64,000 bases of DNA from Orbicella franksi (Eukaryota), in NCBI GenBank assembly GCA_964199315.1, contig OZ116702.1:16492001-16556000 (forward strand), read 5' to 3'. A program made the translations under genes and the position numbers. Positions 12,419 through 24,445 of the stretch are shown piece by piece; position 1 is the stretch's first letter; each line of letters starts with the position of its first letter. The notes beneath the pieces were generated by a model. That model did no database searches. It was not told where the DNA came from and saw only the letters and a program-made list of their open reading frames with translations.

Positions 12419-12550
12419 CAAAATCGTGGCTATGTTAAGAGTTTTGCCTTTGAGGATATTTGGGATGTCAAGTGGTGTTCTTGTGCTGCCTGACGACCAC
12501 ACTGGTGTTTCGTTCTTAAACATATCTATCTTTTCATTCCACTCTCCAAC
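12419..12550 (-). CDS. iGluR exon 8 (ATD-S1 linker)
   Basis: CAG acceptor; VGEWNEK...LKGKTLNIATIL; donor TTG|GTAAGA. Confidence 0.9.
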
Positions 12551-13038
12551 CTGCAAACGCAGTAAAGCTCGATATACAAATATGAAAATACCACAAGGAT
12601 GTCTATTTGCTTTGACTAATTAGAATGCACGTCTAAAAAAGGATTTTTAAATGCACATGTCCAAGTAATATACCTTGATAGCGGAAATAACACGAATCCA
12701 CTCATTTCATTAAAAAAAAAATAGCTAATTCTGTTAGTAAGTAATTTAATTAATCGCTCTTAGCAATTGAAGGTATTGGTGTTTTAGAATTGTGGGCACA
12801 ATGGACATTGTCACTAACAGGAAACATTTCAATTCACCATAAAATGTCTTTGTTGTTTTAAATAATGATGAAAACTCCAGCAAATCGCTAATTATCTCCT
12901 CAAATTCTGTAGTGAAAAGTCAGTTCGGAAAATTTAAAGTGATGCAAACAGCGACCATACACGAAAAAATAAAAACATCAGCAGACGCTTTTACTCCTTT
13001 GAGCTAACATACAAAATTTTTCAAAAGACTGTGCTTAC

Positions 13039-13137
13039 CTTGTATTCTCCACTGCGTCTCAGATTCACGACATCAAATTGAGCTGAATAATCTGGATCGT
13101 TGGCGTGAATTCTACCCATAACACCGTCAACTCTGAC
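13039..13137 (-). CDS. iGluR exon 7 (ATD end; below the ORF-track threshold)
   Basis: TAG acceptor; VRVDGVMGRIHANDPDYSAQFDVVNLRRSGEYK (GxxGxI...F.VVNL motif); donor AAG|GTAAGC. Confidence 0.88.
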
Positions 13138-13394
13138 CTAAAGAAACCACAAAATTAAGTTAAATGAGGTCAGCAATGAAAGTAAAATAAGTTAGCCTAT
13201 ACAAGAAGCAAACTTCTCGTTGGTTTGCGTACGTTTTCTCTCAAGTTCGTTAATAATTCATCAAGTTTAAACAAAGAAAATCACAACTGTAAATAAGGTC
13301 TTAATTAGCATAGATCTTAATTAGGTCTTAATTAGCCTTGATTTTGACGATTTTACCTCTCCGGTTACTCCTTAGTTTTTGATTCGATTGAGAA

Positions 13395-13545
13395 GATATA
13401 TCAAAAACTTGAGACAGTGTTTCATCGGTTATCCAAACACCTCGAATTTCGTCAAAAATACTCCGTTGCGCGTCGTATTTTCAACTCTCCTCTCGGTGTT
13501 TGGATATCACGATGAAACACTGTCTCTCGTGTTCGATATATTACG
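13395..13545. repeat. Palindromic MITE-like hairpin
   Basis: GAGACAGTGTTTCATCG...TATCCAAACACC / GGTGTTTGGATA...CGATGAAACACTGTCTC. Confidence 0.65.
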
Positions 13546-14621
13546 TATAATTCTCCTTTGAAAAATTTGGGCAAATTAAATATTCTTCGAGCTGGCCAGA
13601 TGTTCCTTTCTCACAACTTGCCTTCTTATTCTTAATTACGCTCGAGCAAGAAACAAAAAGAAAAAATAAATCGAAAATAGAACCAGGGAGACCTGGGGAG
13701 CAGCACTCGTTTTAAATCATTACTGTCTTCTTAAATTATTATTGTCTTCCCTTCGTTTAATTTTCCTCTGTGAAGCTTTTAGTTTTATCTTTCTACAGCA
13801 GTCCTAAGAGTTTTGATCAAGCTAATTCAGGCGAAAAAGCTCGCAAGTACGAGCAGAGACAGGAGGCAAAGATTCCTAGAAAGGACCACCACAGGAAACC
13901 TACAACCCTGGTCAAAATTGTTGTCGGCAGTGGAGAGAGAATGTTTTCCAGTCACGCATAACATGATCCCTCCCCTACACCCCCTCCCCCTTTCAATTTT
14001 GATCTCTGTCAGCTGAACTGGTGGCATTTCAATCGCGCTGATCTACGGCAACATTGTGCAGGGAGACGGAGGCGGGCTCAAAACTTAACTTGAAAGAAAA
14101 TGTTTATATTTTGTAACATGTAGTGATAAAAATATCGGCGTTTTTAAGCCACACCTTCTTTTGACCGGGATTGTAGTGTGATCATATTTCTGTTGCTTGT
14201 CCTTATACTAATGAGGAGTTCGCTTGTAAAAGCCAGGTCACAGTTCCTAGGTCACAAGGAATAATTTAACCCGGTGACTGAGAAACGTTTTTAAAAAATG
14301 CAATAGTGAACCAACAGAGATTTTGGGAAAATCAATCACTTTTAATATCGAGCAAAGTCAATTTTGTGTTAAGTAACTTGAATGTTTGGAGCAAAACTAA
14401 GCATCTAGCCTAATCAAGGAGAGTAACTAGCAATTTTTACGACTTCATGTCTTAAAACAATTTGGCATTAAAAAGTTGTTAAAGACAAGCTAATCTATCC
14501 ATAGAGAACATTCTTTAGCTGCGATCAAACAAAAACATAACGCCAATACCAGGCTGATGTAAGATCAGTATATAGAAAAGCTTGAAAAGGGGAAGAAATT
14601 TTTAACACCTAACCCCGTTAC

Positions 14622-14795
14622 CTCGTTCAAGTGTTTAGCCAGTTCTTTTCCACTGGTATTTTCCTGCTGTGTCTCAGAACTGCTACAAAAACCCCGATAA
14701 TGGCGACTGCTGGATAAAACCGTTCCGTTTTTCGTGGCCATCTTGATTCCTTCAGCAGCCAATAATACTGAGTCATATACTCGACCTGCCGATAC
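14622..14795 (-). CDS. iGluR exon 6 (ATD)
   Basis: CAG acceptor; VSAGRVYDSVLLAAEGIK...GKELAKHLNE (YD(S/A)V motif); donor GAG|GTAACG. Confidence 0.88.
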
Positions 14796-15560
14796 CTGGC
14801 CATGGAAAGCGATAAAACAATACGTATAATAAAGCCTGTCCGATGATCGCCTTAAGGCGTGAAACAGAGTTACAACCAACTTGTGTTTCATCTTTGATTT
14901 CCCCATAAAAGAATACGTACCAATATAACCAATCACCCATCACTAGTTCATTATTTCCTACATTCAAAACAAAATTTTCGCTGATGCAAGTTTAATCTGG
15001 AATTATACAATATTTCCCCTAACTCTGTTCCAGAGGCATAGCAAGTATTTAGTATTCGATGCAACCTTTCATTCACCGTAACTATATAAGAACCATTTTC
15101 TTTGTTGCATTATCTTAATTTGTTGAATGTTTATTTGTCACACAAATAAGGCTCTTTAACAGTACAAAGTGCTGATTAACATTGCCGCAAAATTGTAATT
15201 TTGTGTAATCCCAATTGTACGTTCTGTACTTGTCTTCATTCAAAGCATGTTTTGTTAGGCTAATTTTTCTGGTCGGGGAGCGTCATTCCGGGAGGATATT
15301 TACGCTTAAACTTATGCTGGGATAGAATGTTGCTTCCCAAAAAAATTTACAGGTTACACGTTGATAATGATGTAAAACATACAGTAAGTTCTATAATCGT
15401 TAAGCGACATCGCAAATATCCATGGTTACTGCTAAGAAACAAAATCCAAACTAATCTCTACACTAGGGAGCTTTATCATCGGCAGGAGTTATGTCCTTCT
15501 TTAACAGTTAAATACATCGTAATACAGCAAACTGTAACCATGCGAGCCTTTGTTCAGGGG

Positions 15561-15593
15561 TTAGGCTTAGGGTTAGGGTTAGGGTTAGGGTTA
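15561..15593 (+). repeat. Short interstitial telomere-type repeat TTAGGC(TTAGGG)4TTA
   Basis: Direct reading; lies in iGluR intron 5. Confidence 0.95.
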
Positions 15594-15824
15594 TTATGGA
15601 GAACGTTTGCCTCTAAGATATGGGGTTCTTGCTACTTTCTTGAAAGGAAATTTTCTGTATGATGTAGTCAATTACATTTTGGCATCACGTTTGTGCACCC
15701 TTACAAGACATCAAAGACGTTTTATTTTGATCCAAAGCAGAGAGTTTTGCTACTTTTACAATAGGCCAAACTTAACCATCATTGGCGGTTTATCGTAACG
15801 TGTCTAATAATAAGTGAAATTTAC

Positions 15825-15968
15825 CGATATTTCTTTTCCCGGCATGCGCTGTTCCCAAGCCTTTTTGAAAGCTTGATAGCGAGCTCCCTTACCAACGGAT
15901 GGCTTGATACCGAGCAGTCCCCGCATGTAGGTCGGGACATCACCGGAGGCATCGTCGAGGAGGTCTCC
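15825..15968 (-). CDS. iGluR exon 5 (ATD; below the ORF-track threshold)
   Basis: TAG acceptor; 48 codons GDLLDDASGDVPTYMRGLLGIKPSVGKGARYQAFKKAWEQRMPGKEIS; donor TCG|GTAAAT. Confidence 0.85.
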
Positions 15969-16264
15969 CTATAAGAAACAGACAAATATAAAACAGGCCA
16001 ATCAGGATGTAACAGGAAGACAATGTTAAAGGGTAAAAATTACGGAAATTAATTAAGACAATTACAATGGTAATACATAAAGGATTATAATTTTAGGTTT
16101 AGGATCTTAGACATTTTATTGGAATTTATTGTACCTGATGAATTTTTTTTTTTACCGTGTATAAATAATGATTAAAGATTAAAGATAAATGAAAAGAAAG
16201 TTCTAAATTAAGGTGTTTGTCTTGTGCGTTAAGTGCTGGTTAAGTACTGGTATCTCCCAAAGTA

Positions 16265-16625
16265 TGTGTACCGTCCGTACTACGCCAAAGGAATTTGAAA
16301 ACAATGTTTTCACTGGGAAAACGCATCAAATGTTTTCCGTTCGCACTATGCCGGAGAAATTTGAAAACGTAAGAATCACAGGTCATTTTGCATTTGTGTT
16401 TGAGGAAAACTCAGACAGGAGAATATCATGATTATCGTGACGTCATCGTTTTCGAAAAGCTTCGTTTTCAAACTGTTTTCCGTCCACACTAATACGCAAA
16501 GCCGGAGTTTTAAAATTCCTCGGGTTTGAAGAGCGTTTTCGAAAGGCTTTCGTGGACGGTAGGCCTAACTGAAGAAAGAAAGCTCCGTTTTCATATTCCT
16601 CCCGCGTGTTGTGGACGAGGTCTGA
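16265..16625. repeat. Harbinger-like MITE (tentative)
   Basis: Repeated (C)CGTCCACACT.CG...GAATTTGAAAAC subunits and a terminal GTGTGGACG.GG. Confidence 0.5.
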
Positions 16626-17491
16626 GAGCAACTCACGAGGAGGCCTAGTCGATAACGGAAAATTTGTCATGGTAACACGCAGTGCGACATTCTTTTGGGT
16701 TCTCAAAGTGCCTCAAAATGCGCGGCCTGTCGGTTTCAAAGTGTTCCCGTACACATGTGTACACCTGCATTGTCTTGTCTTAATTGTTCACCACTAAATT
16801 TTCTTCCGCGCGCCAGTTCAAAAATCATGTTGAATTATTTACAACTTTTTTGGATGAAAGGCGTGAAAGTCAAATGATAAAATTTGAAAAATATAAAACA
16901 GAAAAAAACCCATTAAATACAGATCAGTCAAATATTTATTCATTCGTACAGTCTGTTTACAGAAAAATTTTCACGGACGAGTACTATCCATCCGGGTATT
17001 CTCCAAACGGGTACTATGGACTGATAGCGTCTCTCCGCCGATGAACGCTATCGCGTCACGTGATCAATTTAAACCAATAAGAACCGGAGGAAATCCAGTG
17101 GTGAGCTATAAGAGGTGATATTTTGTGAGGCCGAAGCCCGAATCAACTATAACCTCATTGGAAACGATAATAGAACTGTAACTAATTTTCTCACAGACCA
17201 TATTACTATTCTCGGTATTGGACTGGAACTAACTTGGAATTGAGGATCATGGGCCGGAACATCATTTGCATTTGAAAACACTCCCCGCATTAGCCTCAGT
17301 TGCAAGCTAGTTCCAGTCTAATACCGAGTACGAATACTCACGGAAAAGTACTTAGCCTCGAAAACACACTGGTAGTATAAAGAGGATATCATTCCTTACT
17401 CTTCCTCTCAATCTTAGGACATTGACACGCTCTGCAAGTTAAACCTCCCTCCTCCGCTTTCTCCGCAATCCTACTAAACCCCGTGTTTTAC

Positions 17492-17769
17492 CTTCTTGTT
17501 TCCTAAGTCCGAAAATATCCATGTCCAGTTGCTGATGTCGAAATCCTTCACACTATCTGCATATTGCATCAGCTTGCTGACGGTCCACGTTGGACAGAAC
17601 GCGACCAACAGTCGGGTGGCTTGAGTTTTCTTCAACTTTCTTAGCACCAGTTCCGCTGATATGAATTGTCCCACTCGGCCCTGTGGCGGCGGTGGGATAA
17701 GAGAGGCGATAACTACATTCCACTCATTCTTGCTTGCAATGAAACGAAACTCGGATTGTCCTTTGGACG
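17492..17769 (-). CDS. iGluR exon 4 (ATD)
   Basis: CAG acceptor, phase 1; (A)SKGQSEF...VLRKLKKTQATRLLVAFC...WTWIFSDLGNKK; donor AAG|GTAAAA. Confidence 0.85.
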
Positions 17770-17952
17770 CTGTGGTTAACAATCACGTTTCAGTGTAGTA
17801 TCTTTACGTTACGGTTACGTAATAACTAGGATGAAACTGGCCTTAACAGAAATATTGAGATTAACATTACAGTTGCGGAAACGAGTCTGGAATGGGAGTG
17901 AAGCCCAATTACGCATAGTCTGTTGGAAACATACCGAAAAATATGATATTAA

Positions 17953-18340
17953 AGGGACACTGTCGCGATATATTTGCTTTAAACTGTTGTAAATTCGCGA
18001 AATGGTCCCTAAATATCTGTAATAAGAACCTCATTAGCTTTAACTAAATGATTAAAAGCAATTTCTTGAGGAAAGTCCACACTGCAGCAACATTTTTGCA
18101 AAATTTCAACGATTTTCGAGCCATACTTCAACCTTTGAAAAATTGACATCCTGAGGATTTTTCAAAAATCCATATCGCAATCTGTTTGCATCCTCACCAT
18201 CGCTAGTCATCCTCAGTTCTTAATGGGTTTTTTTGATGAGTAATGCTCTACATAATGAAACCATTATTGTTCAGCTTCCAACGATCGATATATGTTTTTG
18301 AGATTTCCAAACTCATGCTAAAAATGGTGACAGTGTCCCT
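17953..18340. mobile_element. Kolobok-like MITE (388 bp)
   Basis: TTAA-AGGGACACTGTC ... GACAGTGTCCCT-TTAA. Confidence 0.8.
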
Positions 18341-18844
18341 TTAAATGATCAAACATTCATTAATATATCTCGAGTAAGAAGGAACTCTCAGGTATACATT
18401 ACAGGCGAACGTTCTTCATACCTTTACTCAAAACGTAGAAAAATAGGTAATAATGGCGGATAATTTGTTTGCCTTTGATTTTCAATAAAGCATGACCCCT
18501 AGATAAATACGATCGAGGCGATAATACTGGTAAACCAACCAAATAAGCCCTTTATTGAACTGTTTATTGAATTTTAGTTAGGCTCATGAGAAACACGCCT
18601 ACTCATTTTTATTGATGTAACTCAGTTGTATACTTGTGAATAATCAAAGGCTCCCTGAGCCAGCTTATGGATGAATAGTTGACTTTTGCCTGTGGCAAAA
18701 CGAGTCTTTGTGCAAAACTATTCGTATGAAAATACATGTCACCTGTACGTTCATTCTCTTGAAAATCAAGTCATTTTCATGTAAAATGTTTTGCACGAGC
18801 ATTCGTTCTGAAAAAGAGGCAAGCAGCAACTCCGAAGTGAAATT

Positions 18845-19095
18845 AAAGTCTGCATATGAGCCAAGTCACCCATCAGGTCAGCACTTATCCCAGTTTCTGT
18901 AGCATGACGCGACTAGGAGTATTTCTATTACCCCCGGATGGGATGCTAGTCCATCGCAGGGTTACCCTGCAATATTAAATTTGCCAGTGCTTATTTATAC
19001 ACCTGAGTGGAAAGAGGCACAGTGAGAGTTAAGTGTCTTGCTCAGGAACACAATAAAATGTTCCCAGCCAGGGCTTGAACCCAGACTGCTCGAAA
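18845..19095 (-). mobile_element. tRNA-derived SINE (truncated head)
   Basis: Minus strand: B-box GGTTCAAGCCC followed by GTGTTCCTGAGCAAGACACTTAACTCTCACTGTGCCTCT core. Confidence 0.75.
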
Positions 19096-21736
19096 TTGAA
19101 AAGAAATACAAAAATCAAATAACAGGTTGTTAACACAGACAGCTTAAAAATTTTAAAATGGATAATAATTATTTTTGATTGGAACTGGAACATTGTTATC
19201 ATACTAAGTAGTGTCAAAGAATAACAACAGTCTGTTTCAATATGAAATCATTAAATGAGAGTTCACCATATTTACCAGTCAGTCCAAAATTGACAATATA
19301 TAATTATGTATATGAGTCAGCAGTGCATTTTGGGTCAAGGTAAATTGGTTATGGTCCTTGATCAGTTAACATTATGAAACAGCTGTATAACAATGATTAC
19401 TATTATGTAAAAATTACAATACATGATTTTGAAATTTATTTTGGACATCAACTTGAGAATGCCAAGACTGCCAAGAGTATTTTGCCCAATTTCACTTAAG
19501 TGCGACATGGATATTAGCAAAATCTTGTTTATTTTAAGCTAAGTCAAACATAAATAATTTGATTGTAGCTTGTGGGTAAACAGGAAATCTATAGAAAAAA
19601 TAAGTATTTCCGTCAATATTATAAGAATGATTTCAGACAGTTTTGTTTCAATCATGAACCTGAAGTCAAGGGAATGTTTTTATTTACAAGGTTTCTTTCT
19701 ATAGAACTATGTTCATGGAGAGGAGGAAGGGAGTAGCAAAGTTTTATACAAGGAGGCTCTGGCCCAGGGTCAAAGACCTATCCATTTAACAATGTTTTTA
19801 ACAGGAAAGGCTTTCCTTTCATATACATGTAGCTTCTAGCCTGAAACCCCTTTCACAAACCTAATGTGGCCCACTAGATCTTATTTGTGGGATAAATAAT
19901 CAATTAACGTTTGAAATCCCTGCCCTGTTAAGTCTTATAATACCTCCAGCCTGGAAAAAAGTGCACCTTGAGTCAACTGTACGAAGAAGTCCCGCAGCTT
20001 GGTGTAATACAATAATAAGGGTACTACATATTGTAGTGCATGCAAATAAAATAACAACAATTTTCTTTCTTGGAAACAAAAATCACGGTACTTTATTCCT
20101 ATATATCTTGGTAATTGTTTGTGCTAGTGTCACTAGCAATGCAGTAATATTCAAAAGGATTGCAGATATGTCTCTGGTAATAGATTTTTGCAACGATTAC
20201 GAAACATACTTATGTTGACACGTATCAAGCATTCTCTTCTCCATAATTCAAGTTTTGATGTCAATTTCTTTAAATTTCTCATTTCTAGGAGCAAAAAAAA
20301 AAAATCTACATCACCAGCCACCATGCGTCCGGCTTTCTGACACAATTGGACAGCATATCTTTCTCGCAAAAAAAATAGATCTACACAGTCTCTTTGTTCA
20401 TCCATCACCAAAATATTGGAGTGTATATTTACTCAATCGTACATGTAGGTTGCCTTGCACATCATCCGTGAAGAAATTTTCACTCTGGTCGAGCTGCATG
20501 GAATACAAAATAAATGTAGTGTGAACAACAACAAAACTAAAAGATAAGGCAATATATTTCGATTTTTTTTTCTCCTAAGTATTTAAAAACAAGCTTACAA
20601 ATTTCGAGCCTGCGATATTAACACAGGCAGAATTTCAATGTGTGTGTACAAATAAAACAATAAAGAAACAATGAAACCAAATCTAACAAGAATTTAAGCT
20701 TACCTTTGACTACACAACGAGAGAAAGCGAGCGGAAACCATCAAATACTCTTGCCAAGAAAAAAGCTAATCACGATCTCACTTTCTGGCTTTGTCTTCCC
20801 GGGTGTCTTGTATCAATTCTTTGACCTCGCCGATCGTGTTGTTGTGAACGATACATGACCACAGTCATAAATACCTCTAACAGCTTTCATCTAGGTGTGA
20901 GCAAAAGCCGATAGGCAAAAAACAACATATTTACGAAAGAAAATCACATGAAACCAAAATGGCCGCCTTCAATCTTCGAAGTGTTCGATAAACTCGTACC
21001 CAGGCTCTCAATTTATCGGGCAAAAATGTACGCGAACACTCTTGGACAAAAGAAATACTTAGCAGGGGAAGTAGGAGAAAATTGTTTAACCAGGTTTAAT
21101 GAATAAATTAATTAAAATGGAGTGAGTGAGTGAGCGCCATCCGACTGCCTGCTAAGCTCATGGATGTTACATAACATCCATCAGCAAAAAAGGGCTAAAT
21201 ATAAAATTTTAAATCTGTTGTTGTCATAGAAGACTTTTAGTTCCAATTTAATAACAAACATTGAGGTTTATAATGCAAATCTTTCTTTAGGTGGTTACAC
21301 CGGTGAAAGATTGGAGGAAAAAGAAATGCTGCGACCATCTCCAGGGCTATTTGTAGCTCTGGAAAACTCGCACAACATTTCGTGAAAAAAACACTCGGAA
21401 TATTTAATCTGCGTGAAGTTATGATTAACACCTTTTTGAACTTAAGATACATCTTAACAACTGAGAAGACGAGAGAAGAACTTGAATTTGAGTTTTAAAT
21501 CAGTTTAAAAAGTTTATTTCATACAAACAGTGTTCTGAGGTGACGAAAGAAAAAATACTACTAAAATACATAGGTAGTATATTTTTAAATCATAAGAAAA
21601 TGTAAGAAAGCCTTAAAAAAGTGTACTTGCAGCAATACTGAGAAAATATTGGACAGGCAAAAATCATTCTAACGGTGAAATATCAGTCACTGGCCTTTTA
21701 GCTGCCCCTTCATTAAACGTAGATCACATACTTTAC

Positions 21737-22006
21737 CTTGGTCATCTTGGTATCCGACCACTGCCATCGTTTCCCACTTGTAATTCTTTATTATTTCTGC
21801 TAATACCTTTGCCTTGAGCATCTCTGTAGGACTCATACGTACTAAATAGTTTGAGTCAGTATTACCTACGGGTATCCCTTCCAGACTGGTCAGCGGAGCT
21901 ATCTGAGGGACACCCGCTCTGCTACAGAGAGGGTGGGTGACAACAACGGCAGACGTTTCCATTGGACCAATCAGTATCGAGATGTTACTGTTCAGTAAAC
22001 TATTAA
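21737..22006 (-). CDS. iGluR exon 3 (ATD)
   Basis: CAG acceptor; ILIGPMETSAV...LCSRAGVPQIAP...LVRMSP...YKWETMAVV is a typical ATD/ANF-receptor motif set; donor G|GTAAAG. Confidence 0.92.
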
Positions 22007-22181
22007 CTGTGAATGAAAATAGAAATAACAGTTGTCGTAAATAACTTGGCCACAAGAAGTCTGCGAACGACATTAGAGACTTCGATAGCCAACAGCTAAA
22101 GGTAACGGCTCTTTGTTTCAAAGTATTTTGTGTGCGACCTCATAAACTACGAACATCAAAAAGACTTTTGTTCTTGGGCCA

Positions 22182-23610
22182 TCGTAGTTTAAGGAGGAAT
22201 AAAACTCAAATAGCGGTGATAAACATATTAAACTTACGCATTTTAATAACTTGACGTTTCGTATGCTACGCAACATACATTTTCAAAAGTGGAATAAAGA
22301 CCGTTACAATTTTTGAAAACTATATATGAAATGTAAATAGGGAGTCTGGAAACGAGATTAAGAAACATCTGTTTCTTAACAGTAAAACAATAAAAGCCTA
22401 AGCTTATTAATAAAGTATCAGCTTCTCATTGTTGACGTTTACATTAAGAGTCGGCTTAAGTTCTTGGATGAGCAAAGTTTCTTTAATTTTACAAAGATAA
22501 TCTGTTTTACCAGAAGCTAGAATATCAAAATGATCCCACTTGATGTAGTGACCTGTGGCTTTTATATGGTTGGCAATGGCTGATGTGGGGTCATTCTTAG
22601 TGAGAGCCCTGAAATGTTCCGTTTTCCTATCACGAAGCCGTCGTTTTGTTTTGCCCATGTAAAAGTCACTGCAGTCCCAGCAAGCAGCTTTATAAATGAC
22701 CTTAGATCTCTGTGAACGATTTAGACGGTCCTTGTATTGAAAGAAAGATTTGATTCGGCGAGAGCTTCGAAAAATTATCTTAAGATTGACAAATGAACAG
22801 AAATTGTATACACATGATCTCAGACGCTTAGAGATTTGGTAACTTTGCACACCTAAGTAAGGTAAAAAGATGATAATATCTTTCCTCGGAACCGTAGGGA
22901 CAGGGCTGCTTGGCTTGTTTCTGTTTCTGTTTAGGACGTCGTTAATGTTGTAAGTGATAATACCTTGTGGGTAGCCGTTTTGAAGCAGGAGTTAGCGAAA
23001 GTCATCAAGGGCAGATTTAAGCAGGAAAGCGGAGGAGCAAATTCGGTAACAGCGATAAGTAAGTGTACGAATGAGATTTATTTTGTACTTGCGTGGAGTG
23101 AAGGACTCCCATTTAGTATAAAGGCCAGCAAACGTCTTTTTCCAGTAGATGGATGTGGCAAAAGTGTTGTTTGGGCAGCGTTTGATGAGGATGTCTAAAA
23201 AAGGAATTTCATTGTCTTGTTCAAAATCAGTAGTAAATTTGATACTCTCATGACGACTGTTTAAATATCGCAGGAACTCATTAGCAGTGTCTTTGCTGTC
23301 AAACATGGTGAAAGTGTCATCAACGTACCTATACCAGAGTGACGGACGAATTTGACCTTTCGTGACCCATCTTTCTTCAAAGTGACACATGAAAATGTTC
23401 GCCAAAACTGGGCCTAACGGTGAACCCATGGCTACTCCATCTATTTGGTCGTAGTATTGGTCATCGAAGAGAAAATGGCTTTTCTTAGTGGCAAATTCTA
23501 ATAATTTATGCAGAGCATCACAAGGTAATGTCGGAGGATCGGGTAGAGAATACAGTTTTTCAAGACAAATCTGTATTGTTTCATCGAATGGCACATTTGT
23601 AAATAGTGAG
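22182..23610 (-). mobile_element. Penelope-like element, left arm (5'-truncated RT + GIY-YIG + 3' UTR), same orientation as the host gene
   Basis: SLFTNVP, GVAMGSPLGP, WYRYVDDTF RT motifs; VIYKAACWDCSDFYMGKT GIY-YIG; RT and endonuclease are in one frame, broken by a TAA at 22992-94. Confidence 0.95.
22249..22290 (-). ncRNA. Minimal type-I hammerhead ribozyme (U3-A8 variant) in the PLE 3' region, host-sense strand
   Basis: Minus strand ACTT-TTGAAAA-T-GTATG(ttgcgtag)CATAC-GAAA-CG-TC^-AAGT: stem I ACTT/AAGT, stem II GTATG/CATAC, palindromic ACGT stem III, GUC cleavage triplet. Confidence 0.72.
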
Positions 23611-23616
23611 CAATAG

Positions 23617-24250
23617 TGAACAAGACAATGAAATTCCATTTCTAGACATCCTCATCAAACGCTGCCCAAACAACACTTTTGCCACATCCATCTACCGGAA
23701 AAAGACGTTTGCTGGGCTTTGTACTAAATGGGAGTCCTTCACTCCACGCAAGTACAAAATAAATCTCATTCGTACACTTACTTATCGCTGTTACCGAATT
23801 TGCTCCTCCGCTTTCCTGCTTAAATCTGCCCTTGATGACCTTCGCTAACTCCTGCTTCAAAATGGCTACCCACAAGGTATTATCACTTACAACATTAACG
23901 ACGTCCTAAACAGAAACAGAAACAAGCCAAGCAGCCCTGTCCCTACGGTTCCGAGGAAAGATATTATCATCTTTTTACCTTACTTAGGTGTACAAAGTGA
24001 CCAAATCTCTAAGCGTCTGAGATCACGTGTATACAATTTCTGTTCATTTGTCAATCTTAAGATAATTTTTCGAAGCTCTCGCCGAATCAAATCTTTCTTT
24101 CAATACAAGGACCGTCTAAATCGTTCACAGAAATCTAAGGTCATTTATAAAGCTGCTTGCTGGGACTGCAGTGACTTTTACATGGGCAAAACAAAACGAC
24201 GGCTTCATGATAGGAAAACGGAACATTTCAGGGCTCTCACTAAGAATGAC
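23617..24250 (+). mobile_element. Penelope-like element, right (inverted) arm, part before the BEL insertion
   Basis: Reverse complement of 22589-23222 with about 12 substitutions by eye; shares the same TAA stop. Confidence 0.95.
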
Positions 24251-24445
24251 TGTTACCGCCGAAGAACAGTATTTTATTTTTGTTTTATTTTGATCGTGAC
24301 GTTTCGTGTCAATCACATGAAGTAGCTTGCAAAACTTTGTAACCACCCGGACGGACTCACGTGGAACTGATTTTGTAAAACTTGGACGTGTCTTTGGTTA
24401 TTAAAAAAGTGTTAAAATCAAATTTGTTGTCGTTATGCGAGTTCA

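Noticed and set aside
15561-15593. Chromosome end or fusion point
   Set aside because: Only ~5 units inside an intron of a continuous gene
18845-19095. tRNA gene suggested by the B-box
   Set aside because: No cloverleaf; the B-box is followed by a SINE core
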